NCBI RefSeq assembly: GCF_009931435.1
Contig: NZ_CP043414.1
Length of the DNA: 64,000 bases
Direction: 5' to 3' (one strand)
Origin: Escherichia coli
Lineage (GTDB): Bacteria; Pseudomonadota; Gammaproteobacteria; Enterobacterales; Enterobacteriaceae
Part shown: positions 39,475 through 51,699 of the stretch, piece after piece
Numbering within the stretch: position 1 is the first letter of the stretch
Layout of the letters: each line of letters opens with the position of its first letter
Notes under the pieces: model-generated
What the model saw: the letters and a program-made list of their open reading frames with translations, nothing else
Told to the model about the DNA's origin: nothing
Databases searched by the model: none
Translations under genes and position numbers: made by a program

Positions 39475-40669
39475 TATTTACCCCCTCACGATCTAAAGCG
39501 CGCAGCAGCATTCCTTTCGAAATGATGCCGACATACTGTTGGTCCTCGTCGACCACGGGCACCGCACAGGGCGCTTGTCCGACATGAGAGAGCAACTCGC
39601 TAAGAGGCGTTTGCGCATCGACTGCTAATGGCGCATCAATCAGCGCCGCATCAAGACCTTGCTGCTGCGTTAACGCGGTTTTAAGCGAATCGATAGACAC
39701 AGCGCCGACAAACTTATTACCGCGTTCGATAACGTAGCCATATTCGCGGTCTTCATCCTGCAATAATTTCAATGCCGAACGTGGGCCGAAGCCAGGGGTT
39801 TTACGAATTAAGCCATTCGGTGTCCGACGGGCAATATCTTTCGCACTGAATACCTGACTAATATCAACGCCACGGAAGAAGGTACGGACATAATCATTCG
39901 CCGGATTATTGAGAATTTCATCCGGTGTGCCAACCTGCACCACTTCACCATTTTGCATAATGGCAATTCGGTCGCCAATACGCATCGCTTCGTCGAGATC
40001 GTGAGAAATAAAGACAATGGTACGTTGATGTTTCGCCTGTAATTTTACCAGCTCATCCTGCATCTCAGTGCGAATTAATGGATCAAGCGCCGAGAAGGCT
40101 TCGTCCATTAATAATATATCCGGATTAATTGCTAATGCGCGGGCTAATCCGACGCGTTGACGCATCCCACCAGAGAGTTCGTCCGGGTAGCTATGGGCAT
40201 AATTTTCCAGCCCGACCTGACGCAGTGCATCAAGGGCTTTTTCCCGGCGTTCTTCGGCATTAATTCCGGCCAATTCCATACCGAATGCAGTATTGTCCAG
40301 CACGGTCATATGCGGCATTAAGGCAAAGGACTGGAAGACCATCGCAATCTTTTTTCTGCGCACCTCACGGAGTTCGGCGTCGGATATTTTGGCAATATCC
40401 ACACCATCAATCAGCACTTGCCCGCGGGTGGGTTCAATCAGGCGATTGAGAAGGCGTACCATTGTGGATTTACCCGAACCGGATAATCCCATGATGACAA
40501 ATATCTCGCCTTCTTCAATGGCCAGACTGGCGTCTTTTACGCCAAGCGATAGCCCGGTTTTTTCCAGAATTTGTTCTTTTGAAAGTCCTTGTTCGATATA
40601 TTTGAACGCTCGCTGAGGATGCTCGCCAAATATTTTATAGAGATTTTTAATTTCTAATTTAATTGCCAT
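39467..40669 (-). CDS. proV: Glycine betaine/proline ABC transporter ATPase (with C-terminal CBS domains)
   Basis: 400-aa ORF with Walker [10 protein letters not shown] and ABC signature LSGGMRQR. Confidence 0.95.
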   Translation of the reverse strand: MAIKLEIKNLYKIFGEHPQRAFKYIEQGLSKEQILEKTGLSLGVKDASLAIEEGEIFVIMGLSGSGKSTMVRLLNRLIEPTRGQVLIDGVDIAKISDAELREVRRKKIAMVFQSFALMPHMTVLDNTAFGMELAGINAEERREKALDALRQVGLENYAHSYPDELSGGMRQRVGLARALAINPDILLMDEAFSALDPLIRTEMQDELVKLQAKHQRTIVFISHDLDEAMRIGDRIAIMQNGEVVQVGTPDEILNNPANDYVRTFFRGVDISQVFSAKDIARRTPNGLIRKTPGFGPRSALKLLQDEDREYGYVIERGNKFVGAVSIDSLKTALTQQQGLDAALIDAPLAVDAQTPLSELLSHVGQAPCAVPVVDEDQQYVGIISKGMLLRALDREGVNNG

Positions 40670-41023
40670 GCAATAGAAAGATTCCTGTTATTTGTTTATG
40701 TCGATACATTACCCAATGGAAATAGTCACTTTTTTCTACCCTAACATACTGAGAATCTGAGGCAACCCCTGATGGCAAATGTGGCATGAATATTGATGCG
40801 AGCAAATCGCCGGAATTTCCCATGATATAAGGGCTGAGAGCAAATCGAGAAAGTTGATATTTTTTGTCATAGATAGCGAAAAAACGCCTGAATATTGTGG
40901 TTTCAGGCGAATAATGCAACAGAGTATCAGTGTAGATCACCACAAAATATTTGCGTGATAAAAAGCTATTTGGCAGGAATTATTTCCCTACTGTGGTTGG
41001 TGATATTTTTGAAAATAACACAC

Positions 41024-41992
<969 letters not shown>

Positions 41993-44137
41993 TTAAAGTG
42001 CACAGGAGACGCAGCCTTCAATTTCAGTGCCTTCCAGCGCCATCTGACGCAGGCGGATGTAGTAGAGCGTTTTGATACCTTTGCGCCAGGCGTAAATCTG
42101 CGCTTTGTTGATATCGCGAGTGGTGGCGGTATCGGGGAAAAACAGTGTCAGCGACAGCCCCTGATCGACATGGCGAGTCGCTTCGGCGTAGGTGTCGATG
42201 ATCTTTTCTGCGCCGATTTCGTAAGCGTCCTGATACAGCGCCAGATTCTCGTTAGTCATAAATGGGGCAGGGTAGTAAACGCGTCCTGTTTTGCCTTCTT
42301 TGCGTATCTCTACTTTCGCCACAATCGGATGAATACTCGACGTGGCATGGTTGATATAAGAGATGGAGCCGGTTGGCGGCACTGCCTGGAGATTCTGGTT
42401 GTAAATGCCATAGCGCATCACGTCGTCGCGCAGTTGCGCCCACATTTCGCGGGTAGGTAACGTGATGCTGCTACGAGCAAACAACTCGCCAACTTTCGCC
42501 GTTTTCGGTTGCCAGTTACCTTGCAGATATTGGCTAAAATATTCACCGCTGGCATAGCGTGACTGTTTGAACCCGGCGAAGGTTTCACCGCGTTCGCGCG
42601 CCAGCAACATTGAGGTACGCAGCGCGTGCCAGGTGATGGTGTAGAAATAGAGATTGGTGAAATCCAGTGCTTCCGGCGAACCATAGGCGATGCCTTCTCG
42701 CGCCAGATAACCGTGTAAATTCATCTGCCCCAGACCGATAGCGTGTGAGGCGGCATTTCCGGCTTCGATGGACGGCACGCTGCGAATATGACTCATATCT
42801 GACACCGCAGTTAAACCGCGTACGGCGATCTCTACCGTGCGGGCAAAATCGGGGGAATCCATGGTGTGGGCAATATTCAACGAACCTAAATTGCAGGAAA
42901 TATCATGGCCTGTGCGGGCATAGTCGAGATTCTCGTCATACTCTGAGGCGCTGTTAACCTGCAAAATTTCTGAGCAGAGATTGCTCATATTTATACGCCC
43001 GGCAATAGGGTTAGCACGGTTAACCGTGTCTTCATACATGATGTAGGGATAGCCGGACTCAAACTGGATCTCCGCCAGTCGCTGGAAGAAATCACGGGCG
43101 TTGATGTATTTTTTGCGGATTCGCTCATCGGCAACCAGTTCGTCATAGTGTTCACTGATGGCGATATCGGCAAACGGCTTGCCATAAACACGCTCAACGT
43201 CATAGGGCGAAAACAGTGCCATCTGCGCATTCTCTTTTGCCAGATGGAAGGTGATATCCGGGATAACCACGCCCAGCGACAGTGTTTTAATGCGGATTTT
43301 CTCGTCGGCATTTTCCCGCTTTGTATCGAGAAAACGCAGTATATCGGGATGATGGGCATGTAAATAGACTGCGCCAGCACCCTGACGCGCGCCGAGCTGG
43401 TTGGCATAGGAAAATGCGTCTTCCAGCATTTTCATCACCGGAATCACGCCAGAAGATTGATTTTCAATACGTTTAATTGGCGCGCCCGCTTCCCGCAGAT
43501 TCGACAGCAAAAATGCCACGCCGCCGCCGCGTTTCGACAGTTGTAGTGCGGAATTTACCGCCCGGCCAATCGACTCCATATTGTCTTCAATACGCAGCAA
43601 AAAACAGGAAACCAGTTCGCCGCGCTGCTGCTTACCACAGTTGAGGAATGTCGGTGTTGCAGGCTGAAAGCGTCCTGACAGCATCTCATCGGTCAGTTGC
43701 GTCGCCAGTGTTTTATCGCCTTGTGCCAGCGTCAGCGCCACCATCGTGACTCGATCGGCAAAATCTTCCAGATAACGCTTACCGTCGAATGTCTTCAACG
43801 TATAGCTGGTGTAAAACTTCCATGCTCCGAGGAATGTCTGAAAACGAAAACCGCTGGCGTGTGCGTGGGCAAATAGCGTAATGACAAATTCGCGAGAGTA
43901 ACGGTTGAGGACGCTTTCATCATAGTAACCCTCGTTGACCAGCCAGTTCAGGCGCTGCTGTTGGCTGCTGAAGGTCACGCTATTCGGGCGTACATGCGTC
44001 GCCAAAAATGCATCTACTGCCTGGCGGTCTTTATCGAACTGAATGCGACCCGCGTTATCGTAAATATTAAGCATCGCATTCAGAGCGTGGTAATCCATCG
44101 TTTCCTGCGTCAGGCGTTCTGCGGTTGTCGTTGCCAA
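41993..44137 (-). CDS. nrdE: Class Ib ribonucleotide reductase alpha subunit
   Basis: 714-aa ORF ending ...EGCVSCAL. Confidence 0.95.
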
Positions 44138-44520
44138 AATTCGGTTACTCCTTTACGAACGTTTTCGATATCGCTTTGCGTACCCATGAGTTCAAAGCGG
44201 TACAGCCACGGCACGCCGCATTTCCGGGCAATCACATCTCCGGCGCGGCCATACGCCTCACCAAAGTTGCGATTACCCGAAGCAATAACGCCGCGAAGCA
44301 ACGCCCGGTTGTGCTCGTCGTTTAAAAAGCGAATGACCTGCCGTGGCACCGCGCCAGCCGTACCGCCGCCGCCGTAAGAGGGCACGATCAGGATGTAAGG
44401 CTCGTCTACCTGAATCCGTTCCCGCTCATTGAGCGGGATGCGCACCGCGGGCAGTCCTAAACGTTCGATAAAACGCTGCGTATTTTCGGAGCTGCTGGAA
44501 AAGTAGACGAGTTGGCTCAT
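44110..44520 (-). CDS. nrdI: Flavodoxin-like NrdI (class Ib RNR activation)
   Basis: 136-aa [24 protein letters not shown]... Confidence 0.93.
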
Positions 44521-44762
44521 GCACTGGCCGCGTGTGGCGCTGGATGCAGACGATTGATCATGTCCGGGCGGAAACCAGACCAGCTAAGATCTCCTGCAAT
44601 CACTACCGGCAACTGACGAAAGCCCTGAGCACGTAACGCTTCCGCCGCTTCAGGAACGCGATCGACATTAATCATTTCAAAATCAAAGCCCCGGTTTTCC
44701 ATCGCCCGTTTGGTGGCGTGGCACTGAACGCAATCGTTACGAGTGTAAATAGTAATGCGCAT
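44517..44762 (-). CDS. nrdH: Glutaredoxin-like protein NrdH
   Basis: 81-aa ORF with CVQC redox motif. Confidence 0.93.
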
Positions 44763-44970
44763 GATTCGTATTTCCGTTTAAAATGAAGATACGGCGCGAT
44801 GATACGCGTCGGGTTGTCTCTCTGTTGATACAGAGATACTAGATGTAGTTGAAAAAAGATTCAACCATACAAGATATGGGAATTTTAGATTGATTACACC
44901 ACCGATGAATGGCTCAACGGGGTAGGGGATTTTGTGTTTTTTTGCCGGGCGATTGCCCGGCATCAGGAAG

Positions 44971-45402
44971 TTACATCCGCATGGAAACGGCCAGGCGGTT
45001 AAAGCAATTCATCAGCCCGATGGCAAATGTTAAGTCGCTGATTTCTGCTGCGCTGAAATGCTCAAGCAAAGGCTGATAAACGTCGTCTTCCGCATGGGTT
45101 CGGGCAATATCGGTCACCGATTCCGCCCATGCCAGCGCCGCCCGCTCGCGATCGTCAAAATGATGGCTTACGCGCCAGCCTGCCAGGGCATCCAGCTTAT
45201 GCTGCGGCACACCGGATTTGCGTAATGCTTTGCTGTGCATCTCCAGACAAAATGCGCAACCATTGATTTGCGAGACGCGCAAATAAACTAACTCCATCAG
45301 CGTAGTTTCCAGCGTGCTATTTTCCAGCGCCGTTTTGGCCTGCACCAGCGCGTTATATACCGTTGGGCTAAGTTCGTAGTAAGGCTGACGTAATGTAGTC
45401 AT
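44971..45402 (-). CDS. AhpD-like / carboxymuconolactone decarboxylase family protein
   Basis: 143-aa ORF with CxxCxxxH signature (NGCAFCLEMH); strong AGGAG SD; divergent from a MocR-type regulator. I do not recall a gene here in K-12. Confidence 0.7.
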   Translation of the reverse strand: MTTLRQPYYELSPTVYNALVQAKTALENSTLETTLMELVYLRVSQINGCAFCLEMHSKALRKSGVPQHKLDALAGWRVSHHFDDRERAALAWAESVTDIARTHAEDDVYQPLLEHFSAAEISDLTFAIGLMNCFNRLAVSMRM

Positions 45403-45489
45403 ACAGTTTCTCCTCTTATTAACGCCCGCAATGTAGCACTATAATGGACTGCTAAAGAGAGCCATAAATTACCTAAAAAAGCAGACCAT

Positions 45490-46824
45490 ATGCCGCGCTA
45501 TCAGGATATCGCCCGTCAGTTAAAAACGGCTATTGAGCAAGGGGAACTGAAACCCGGCGCAAGGCTACCTTCAAGTCGTACCTGGTCGCAGGAACTGGGG
45601 GTGTCTCGATCCACTGTCGAAAATGCGTATGCTGAGCTGGTGGCGCAAGGATGGCTGATCAGGCGGGGACAGGCTGGCACATTTGTCAGTGAGCAGATAT
45701 ATCCGCAACAATCTACTGTACAAGTTGTGTCTTTTGCCGGTGAAAGTCAGCAACCGTTGCCATTTCAAATGGGATTACCCGCACTCGATCTCTTTCCGCG
45801 AGAGCTGTGGGCGCGGGTGATGGGGCGTCGCCTTCGTACCCAGACGCGCTTTGATTTGGCGTTAGGCGATGTCTGCGGTGAGGCGGCGTTGCGTGAGGCA
45901 ATAGTTGATTACTTACGCGTTTCACGTGGGATTGATTGTCAGCCAGAGCAGGTCTTTATCACTCACGGTTATGCGGCCTCAATGGCTTTAATTCTGCACG
46001 CGCTGGCGAAACCGGGAAACGGGATGTGGATGGAAGATCCCGGCTTTCCACTGATTCGCCCGATTGTCACTCGCCACGGTGTGGAAATTTTGCCTGTGCC
46101 GGTTGATGACAACGGACTGGATATCACAAGCGGAATACAAAATTATCCTGATGCGTGTTTTGCCCTGATAACACCAGCACACCAAAGCCCGCTGGGTGTG
46201 GCGCTCTCTTTAGCGCGCAGGCATCAGATACTGGAATGGGCAGAGCGTAGTCAGGCATGGATTATTGAAGATGATTATGACAGTGAGTTTCGCTATCACG
46301 GTAAGCCGTTACCGGCGTTAAAAAGTCTCGATGCACCGCAGCGGGTAATTTATGCCGGAACATTCAGCAAAGCACTATTTCCTGCATTGCGCTGTGCGTG
46401 GCTGGTGGTGCCGGTGAAGCAAATTGCACAATTCCGCCACCAGGCGTCACTGGCTCCATGTGCGGTACCTGTTCTATGGCAGAACACACTGGCAGACTTT
46501 CTTCGCGAGGGGCATTTCTGGCGGCATCTGAAGAAAATGCGTCAGCATTATGCTCAACGTCGGCAATGGATTGAGCAAGCGTTGACGCAGCAGGGATTTC
46601 AGGTTGTGCCGCAGAAAGGTGGTATCCAGATGGTGATCAGAATGATGGGCGATGATATTGCCCATGCGCGTAAAGCCAATGCTGCAGGCCTTGCGGTGCA
46701 GGCACTTAGCGACTGGCGTATCCGCTCAAGTGGGGAAGGTGGATTACTTCTCTCGTTTACCAATATCGTTAACGAAGGTATGGCGCGACAGGTAGCACAA
46801 CAATTACGTAAAGCCTTAAGCTAA
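45490..46824 (+). CDS. MocR/GabR-type regulator (GntR wHTH fused to PLP-dependent aminotransferase-like domain)
   Basis: 444-aa ORF; N-terminal GntR HTH (YQDIARQLKTAIEQGELKPGARLPSSRTWSQELGVSRSTVENAYAELVAQGWL), C-terminal class-I aminotransferase-like region with candidate PLP lysine (FSKALFP). Confidence 0.75.
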   Translation: MPRYQDIARQLKTAIEQGELKPGARLPSSRTWSQELGVSRSTVENAYAELVAQGWLIRRGQAGTFVSEQIYPQQSTVQVVSFAGESQQPLPFQMGLPALDLFPRELWARVMGRRLRTQTRFDLALGDVCGEAALREAIVDYLRVSRGIDCQPEQVFITHGYAASMALILHALAKPGNGMWMEDPGFPLIRPIVTRHGVEILPVPVDDNGLDITSGIQNYPDACFALITPAHQSPLGVALSLARRHQILEWAERSQAWIIEDDYDSEFRYHGKPLPALKSLDAPQRVIYAGTFSKALFPALRCAWLVVPVKQIAQFRHQASLAPCAVPVLWQNTLADFLREGHFWRHLKKMRQHYAQRRQWIEQALTQQGFQVVPQKGGIQMVIRMMGDDIAHARKANAAGLAVQALSDWRIRSSGEGGLLLSFTNIVNEGMARQVAQQLRKALS

Positions 46825-46879
46825 AAAACCCCGAAATCAGGTTCCGGGGTCAAGACGCGTATTTATTATCATTGTTGCA

Positions 46880-47209
46880 CTACGATTTGCGCATGCTTAA
46901 CAGTGCGCCGATAAAAATACCAACCGCAGCTGCTGTACCCACGCTACACCAGGGTCTTTCACGAACAAAAGAATCCGCGCAGCCAACGGCATCGCGCGCG
47001 GCTTGCTGAACGCGAGTACGACCATGCATTCGCGCTCTGGTTTCTTTCAGTAGAGCCTGCGCTTTACTACGAGCGGCTTCGGCTTCCCCTTTGGCGTCGC
47101 TGCCCCAGGACTTCAATACAGATTCGAGGCTGTCAGCTAATTGATTGACATCATTCTGGATATCCTGCACGCCATCATCAACGTCGTTGCGGTTCGGTCG
47201 GTTAAACAT
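46880..47209 (-). CDS. ygaM: ElaB/YqjD/DUF883 family ribosome-associated membrane-anchored protein
   Basis: Track ORF to 47221; ATG at 47209 gives MFNRPNRNDVDDGVQDIQNDVNQLADSLE..., 109 aa, C-terminal TM. Confidence 0.85.
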   Translation of the reverse strand: MFNRPNRNDVDDGVQDIQNDVNQLADSLESVLKSWGSDAKGEAEAARSKAQALLKETRARMHGRTRVQQAARDAVGCADSFVRERPWCSVGTAAAVGIFIGALLSMRKS

Positions 47210-47360
47210 ATGATCCCCCATTAGAATTCGATGTAATTTTCAGTGTAGACCATAATTTTCTTAACTGAGGTTCATCGCGGCTTTATGGACTTTTCTGAAA
47301 GCGTTGTGAATGCGCAATCAGGTAAGGTAGGCCCGCGGTTGATAATAACGAGGATCAAAT

Positions 47361-47705
47361 ATGTATTTACGACCAGACGAGGTGGCGCGCGTACTTGAAA
47401 AAGTCGGTTTTACTGTCGATGTGGTAACTCAGAAAGCGTATGGTTACCGCCGTGGGGAAAATTATGTCTATGTTAATCGCGAAGCGCGAATGGGACGTAC
47501 CGCTCTGGTAATTCATCCAACATTAAAAGAACGCAGTTCAACACTGGCTGAACCCGCTTCCGATATTAAAACGTGCGACCATTACCAGCAATTTCCGCTC
47601 TATTTAGCGGGTGAACGTCATGAGCATTACGGTATCCCACATGGCTTTAGTTCGCGTGTTGCGCTTGAACGTTATTTGAATGGTTTATTTGGCGAAGCCA
47701 GTTAA
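47361..47705 (+). CDS. ygaC: DUF2002 family protein
   Basis: 114-aa [25 protein letters not shown]...; synteny. Confidence 0.85.
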
Positions 47706-47741
47706 AGACGCGACTGGCGATGCCAGTCGCGAAAAGAAGGG

Positions 47742-48191
47742 TCAGGCTTTTACCTGCTGGTAACGGCTGACTTTAAACAGTCGGCGGCAATAATCGAGGA
47801 AGTAGCCATAAACCGCCCCCATCAACATCGAAACAACGATGTTTGAACTGACCGCAGCCATAATCTGATGCCAGTCTGCGCCCACCACTAACAAGATCGC
47901 CACATACACCGGTGACTGGAACGTCACATACGCCAGGATATCCGCCAGATTTTTTACCCAGCCCGACGGACTAACTTTGCGTGCCGCGCGCATAAACAGA
48001 TCGCGGTACATACCGTATGGCCATGCAATTAAGATGTTCACCGGAATCGCTACCAATCTGGAATAAAGAGACTGTTCGAAGCTCATTCCGGAGAGGAAAA
48101 CTTCAATACACATGTTCACGACAGAACAGTAAACAACCATCGCGAACGTATCTGCAACTGCATGACGCAAGCGTGACTGCGGTGAGAACAT
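47742..48191 (-). CDS. alaE: L-alanine exporter
   Basis: 149-aa membrane ORF adjacent to stpA. Confidence 0.88.
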   Translation of the reverse strand: MFSPQSRLRHAVADTFAMVVYCSVVNMCIEVFLSGMSFEQSLYSRLVAIPVNILIAWPYGMYRDLFMRAARKVSPSGWVKNLADILAYVTFQSPVYVAILLVVGADWHQIMAAVSSNIVVSMLMGAVYGYFLDYCRRLFKVSRYQQVKA

Positions 48192-48857
48192 GCTAATGCT
48201 CCTTAATAAAAGCGTAATGGGACGTTAATAGAGATGAAAGCAGTGGATCTCATTGCCATCTGCATTTTCGCATAGCGTATATCGCTGGCTATGACTAATC
48301 AATTAGTGAAAAATTTTTATTTAATCTGTTTTTGTAGATAAAATATTCCGTAGCGGCGCGTTTTTTGTACATTGTGGATTTTTACATGCTGATATGATTT
48401 ATTTTTAATTAAATCAATTAGATATGGGCGTATCTTTATTTTCACTAATGAAAGTTTGGGGGTGAGGTAACGCTATAAGCGTAGAGAATTCGGTGTATGC
48501 AGTGACTGGGTCATTTTCAGCATTTTTTATGCCAGACAATGTACATTAACAGCAGAAAGCACCAGTGAGTGATGTTTATTTTTATTCGTATATATTGCAT
48601 TTTTATTCGATTTGGTTTTATCAGGCTTGCGGAATTAGCGAGCAGAGAGCGCCGCTCTGTTCACCAATAACCGAAATTACTCATCAAATTGGCTAATATA
48701 TAATCTTGAAATTATTCTGAGAGTTTCAGAAAATAACAGCTGAAATAATCTCGTGCAGGACTGTAAATAGATTAAATTTTGTGGAAATATAATAAGTGAT
48801 CGCTTACACTACGCGACGAAATACTTTTTGTTTTGGCGTTAAAAGGTTTCCTTTATT

Positions 48858-49262
48858 ATGTCCGTAATGTTACAAAGTCTAAATAACATTCGCACTCTCC
48901 GTGCGATGGCTCGCGAATTCTCCATTGACGTTCTTGAAGAAATGCTCGAAAAATTCAGGGTTGTCACTAAAGAAAGACGTGAAGAAGAAGAACAGCAGCA
49001 GCGTGAACTGGCAGAGCGCCAGGAAAAAATTAGTACCTGGCTGGAGCTGATGAAAGCTGACGGAATTAACCCGGAAGAGTTATTGGGTAATAGCTCTGCT
49101 GCCGCACCACGCGCTGGTAAAAAACGCCAGCCGCGTCCGGCAAAATATAAATTCACCGATGTTAACGGTGAAACTAAAACCTGGACCGGTCAGGGCCGTA
49201 CACCGAAGCCAATCGCTCAGGCGCTGGCAGAAGGTAAATCTCTCGACGATTTCCTGATCTAA
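48858..49262 (+). CDS. stpA: H-NS paralogue, DNA-binding/RNA chaperone
   Basis: 134-aa [39 protein letters not shown]... with C-terminal TWTGQGRTP motif. Confidence 0.95.
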   Translation: MSVMLQSLNNIRTLRAMAREFSIDVLEEMLEKFRVVTKERREEEEQQQRELAERQEKISTWLELMKADGINPEELLGNSSAAAPRAGKKRQPRPAKYKFTDVNGETKTWTGQGRTPKPIAQALAEGKSLDDFLI

Positions 49263-49308
49263 TTACTGAGGCCGGATGTCGCTGCTATGGCGCGTCCGGC
49301 GTCGCTTC

Positions 49309-49833
49309 TCAAGCTTGTTGGTTCCACGGCATCTTATCTAACAACCTTGCCATCCCACAAAAACCGCTAATTCCTGCAAACAGTAACCCGGCACCAACAA
49401 AGCCGCTTAATAAGAAGAAACCGCTATTTACGGTATAACCCAGTACAACACCGATTAATATTAAACCACCCGCGGCGATCTGCACCTGGCGCATTAACGG
49501 CAAGGGTTGAGATTTATTTACCGCTACTGGCAATCCTGCTTTTTTCCAGCCATCAATCCCATCTTCGAGTAAAAAGATTTCTGCGGGTGCGGCAATCGCT
49601 GCTAATTTATCGGCGTTATTACTGGTGCGTTTACCTGCCTGGCAGTGGAAGATAATTTGCTCACGACGTAATTTAGCCGGAAGACCTGACTGTTCGAGCA
49701 CAGATAATGGAGCCAGATCTGCTTCAGGAATATGTTCACGAAGATATTCATCAGCATCACGAATATCGATTAACTTTGCGCCGCGTGCGATTAATTCTTG
49801 TGCATCATGCGGCGAAATGGTTGTCAAAGCCAT
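49309..49833 (-). CDS. ygaP: Rhodanese-domain inner membrane thiosulfate sulfurtransferase
   Basis: 174-aa ORF with rhodanese active-site Cys ([10 protein letters not shown]) and C-terminal TM helices. Confidence 0.88.
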   Translation of the reverse strand: MALTTISPHDAQELIARGAKLIDIRDADEYLREHIPEADLAPLSVLEQSGLPAKLRREQIIFHCQAGKRTSNNADKLAAIAAPAEIFLLEDGIDGWKKAGLPVAVNKSQPLPLMRQVQIAAGGLILIGVVLGYTVNSGFFLLSGFVGAGLLFAGISGFCGMARLLDKMPWNQQA

Positions 49834-49842
49834 AGTGACTCC

Positions 49843-50142
49843 TTACGGACAATAGACATTTTTCAGGGTGGCGATAATGGCATTTACCGCCTCATTTTTA
49901 ATGGAATATAGAATGCGTTGGGCATCCCGTTGGCTGTCGATAAGCCCTTCGTCTCGCATACGCGCGAGATGCTGTGATGTCGCAGAGGCACTCAATCCGG
50001 TAATGCGCGTCAGCTCTCCCGCGCTGGTACCGGGGGAACCGCTAAGCATGCACAGAATCAGCAACCGTTTGGGGTGGCTCATTGCTTTCAATAAGGCTGC
50101 TGCCTGTTCGGCACTGGCCTGTAATTGCGCGAGTTCAGTCAT
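49843..50142 (-). CDS. ygaV: ArsR/SmtB-family transcriptional repressor
   Basis: 99-aa ORF with wHTH; upstream of and co-oriented with ygaP. Confidence 0.88.
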   Translation of the reverse strand: MTELAQLQASAEQAAALLKAMSHPKRLLILCMLSGSPGTSAGELTRITGLSASATSQHLARMRDEGLIDSQRDAQRILYSIKNEAVNAIIATLKNVYCP

Positions 50143-50324
50143 AGTTATTTAAGTATTTTCTAAATTAAGTAAACTCTAAACTAAAAATACAACATATGCC
50201 AGCATCAGCAGCGTAAATGAGAGTAAAAGCGTAAGCTGAAACTGGCAGGCTCCGCTAAAATTACTACGCTTAAGAGATAAAATCTCTTTTTAAACAATGA
50301 GTAATTTTCTTATAGGGAGTACAT

Positions 50325-50483
50325 ATGGGTTTCTGGAGAATCGTCATCACCATCATTCTGCCGCCGCTCGGCGTGCTGCTCGGTAAAGGGTTCGGTTGGG
50401 CGTTCATTATTAATATTCTGCTGACACTGCTTGGGTATATCCCCGGTTTGATTCACGCGTTCTGGGTGCAAACCCGCGATTAA
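50325..50483 (+). CDS. yqaE: Pmp3/UPF0057 family small membrane protein (52 aa)
   Basis: Not in the ORF track (under 60 aa). ATG at 50325 to TAA at 50481-50483 translates to MGFWRIVITIILPPLGVLLGKGFGWAFIINILLTLLGYIPGLIHAFWVQTRD; GGGAG SD upstream. Confidence 0.8.
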   Translation: MGFWRIVITIILPPLGVLLGKGFGWAFIINILLTLLGYIPGLIHAFWVQTRD

Positions 50484-50566
50484 ACCTGTCCTCACCCCCG
50501 CGGCGTTAACGCGCCGCGTTCCTCTGCTACACTTTCTGAGTGTTTCCGTTAACGAATGAGGTAGCT

Positions 50567-51016
50567 ATGGGTCTGTTCAATTTTGTGAAAGATGCTGGAG
50601 AAAAACTCTGGGACGCGGTTACAGGTCAGCACGATAAAGACGATCAGGCGAAGAAGGTGCAGGAGCATTTGAACAAAACCGGTATACCTGATGCCGATAA
50701 AGTGAATATTCAAATTGCCGACGGCAAAGCGACGGTCACTGGTGACGGCTTAAGTCAGGAGGCGAAGGAGAAAATCCTTGTTGCGGTGGGGAATATTTCC
50801 GGTATTGCCAGTGTCGATGATCAGGTGAAAACGGCGACACCAGCCACTGCCAGCCAGTTTTATACCGTTAAGTCTGGCGACACTCTGAGTGCCATTTCCA
50901 AACAGGTCTACGGTAATGCCAATCTGTACAATAAAATCTTCGAAGCGAATAAACCGATGCTAAAAAGCCCGGATAAAATTTACCCGGGGCAAGTGTTGCG
51001 TATTCCTGAAGAGTAG
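50567..51016 (+). CDS. kbp: K+-binding protein with BON and LysM domains
   Basis: Track ORF from 50540; ATG at 50567 gives [18 protein letters not shown]..., 149 aa; C-terminal LysM ([31 protein letters not shown]). Confidence 0.88.
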
Positions 51017-51679
51017 TTAATTGCCAGCCATTGCTTGCTGGATAATGGGAATTGGCGTCAGTAAATGCTGGCGCATTAACTCACTGGCGCGCGCGGTATC
51101 TCGCGCCAGTACCGCCGCAGTCAGGGTCTGGTGCTGATCGCGTTTATCCTCCAGCATTTCCACCGAAAGCACTGTTCGCCGCAGCCAGATAAATCGATAG
51201 CGCGCCGCCAGATCAAACAACCGTTCACGCATTTGCAGCAAATAGTGAGAACCACAGCCCGCCACAATTGCCGTATGAAACGCCTGATGACGCAGATCCC
51301 ACTCATCAAGCATTTTCTCACTGGCGTCACAGGCCTCCAGCTTACTCAGCAGATGCGCTTTTGCGAGAACGTCTGCCTCCCATTCATCGCCACCGCGGGC
51401 AATCGCCAGACTGACCAGCATCGCTTCCATATTGGCGCGGGCGTCGAAAATATCGAGCAGCTCCTGCTCTGACATAGACGCCACCCGATACCCTTTTTGA
51501 TTCACCACCGTGACCAGTCGTTCTGCTACCAGTTGCGAAAGCGCTTCCCGCAACGGCCCAACGCCAAGTGCATAACGCGATGTCAGCAAACTCATCCGTA
51601 ATTTTTCATCCGGTTGAAAATTACCGCGAATAATATCGTTCTTCAGCCAGCGATAGCCATCCAGAGACGTAATGGTCAT
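51017..51679 (-). CDS. csiR: GntR/FadR-family repressor of csiD-gab operon
   Basis: Track ORF to 51697; ATG at 51679 gives MTITSLDGYRWLKNDIIRGNF..., 220 aa. Confidence 0.88.
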   Translation of the reverse strand: MTITSLDGYRWLKNDIIRGNFQPDEKLRMSLLTSRYALGVGPLREALSQLVAERLVTVVNQKGYRVASMSEQELLDIFDARANMEAMLVSLAIARGGDEWEADVLAKAHLLSKLEACDASEKMLDEWDLRHQAFHTAIVAGCGSHYLLQMRERLFDLAARYRFIWLRRTVLSVEMLEDKRDQHQTLTAAVLARDTARASELMRQHLLTPIPIIQQAMAGN

Positions 51680-51699
51680 GGTGTGACTCCTGATCATTA

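Noticed and set aside
40659-40943. 94-aa minus-strand ORF upstream of proV
   Set aside because: Falls in the well-known proU promoter/osmoregulatory region and ends inside the proV start; no independent support.
44763-44960. NrdR/Fur boxes upstream of nrdH
   Set aside because: Expected from established nrdHIEF regulation, but I could not identify convincing matches to either consensus by inspection; left unannotated.
44936-44962. T-run followed by gccgggcgattgcccggc hairpin between nrdH and the AhpD-like gene
   Set aside because: T-run precedes rather than follows the hairpin on the plus strand and becomes an A-run after the hairpin on the minus strand, so it does not fit an intrinsic terminator in either orientation; possibly REP-like.
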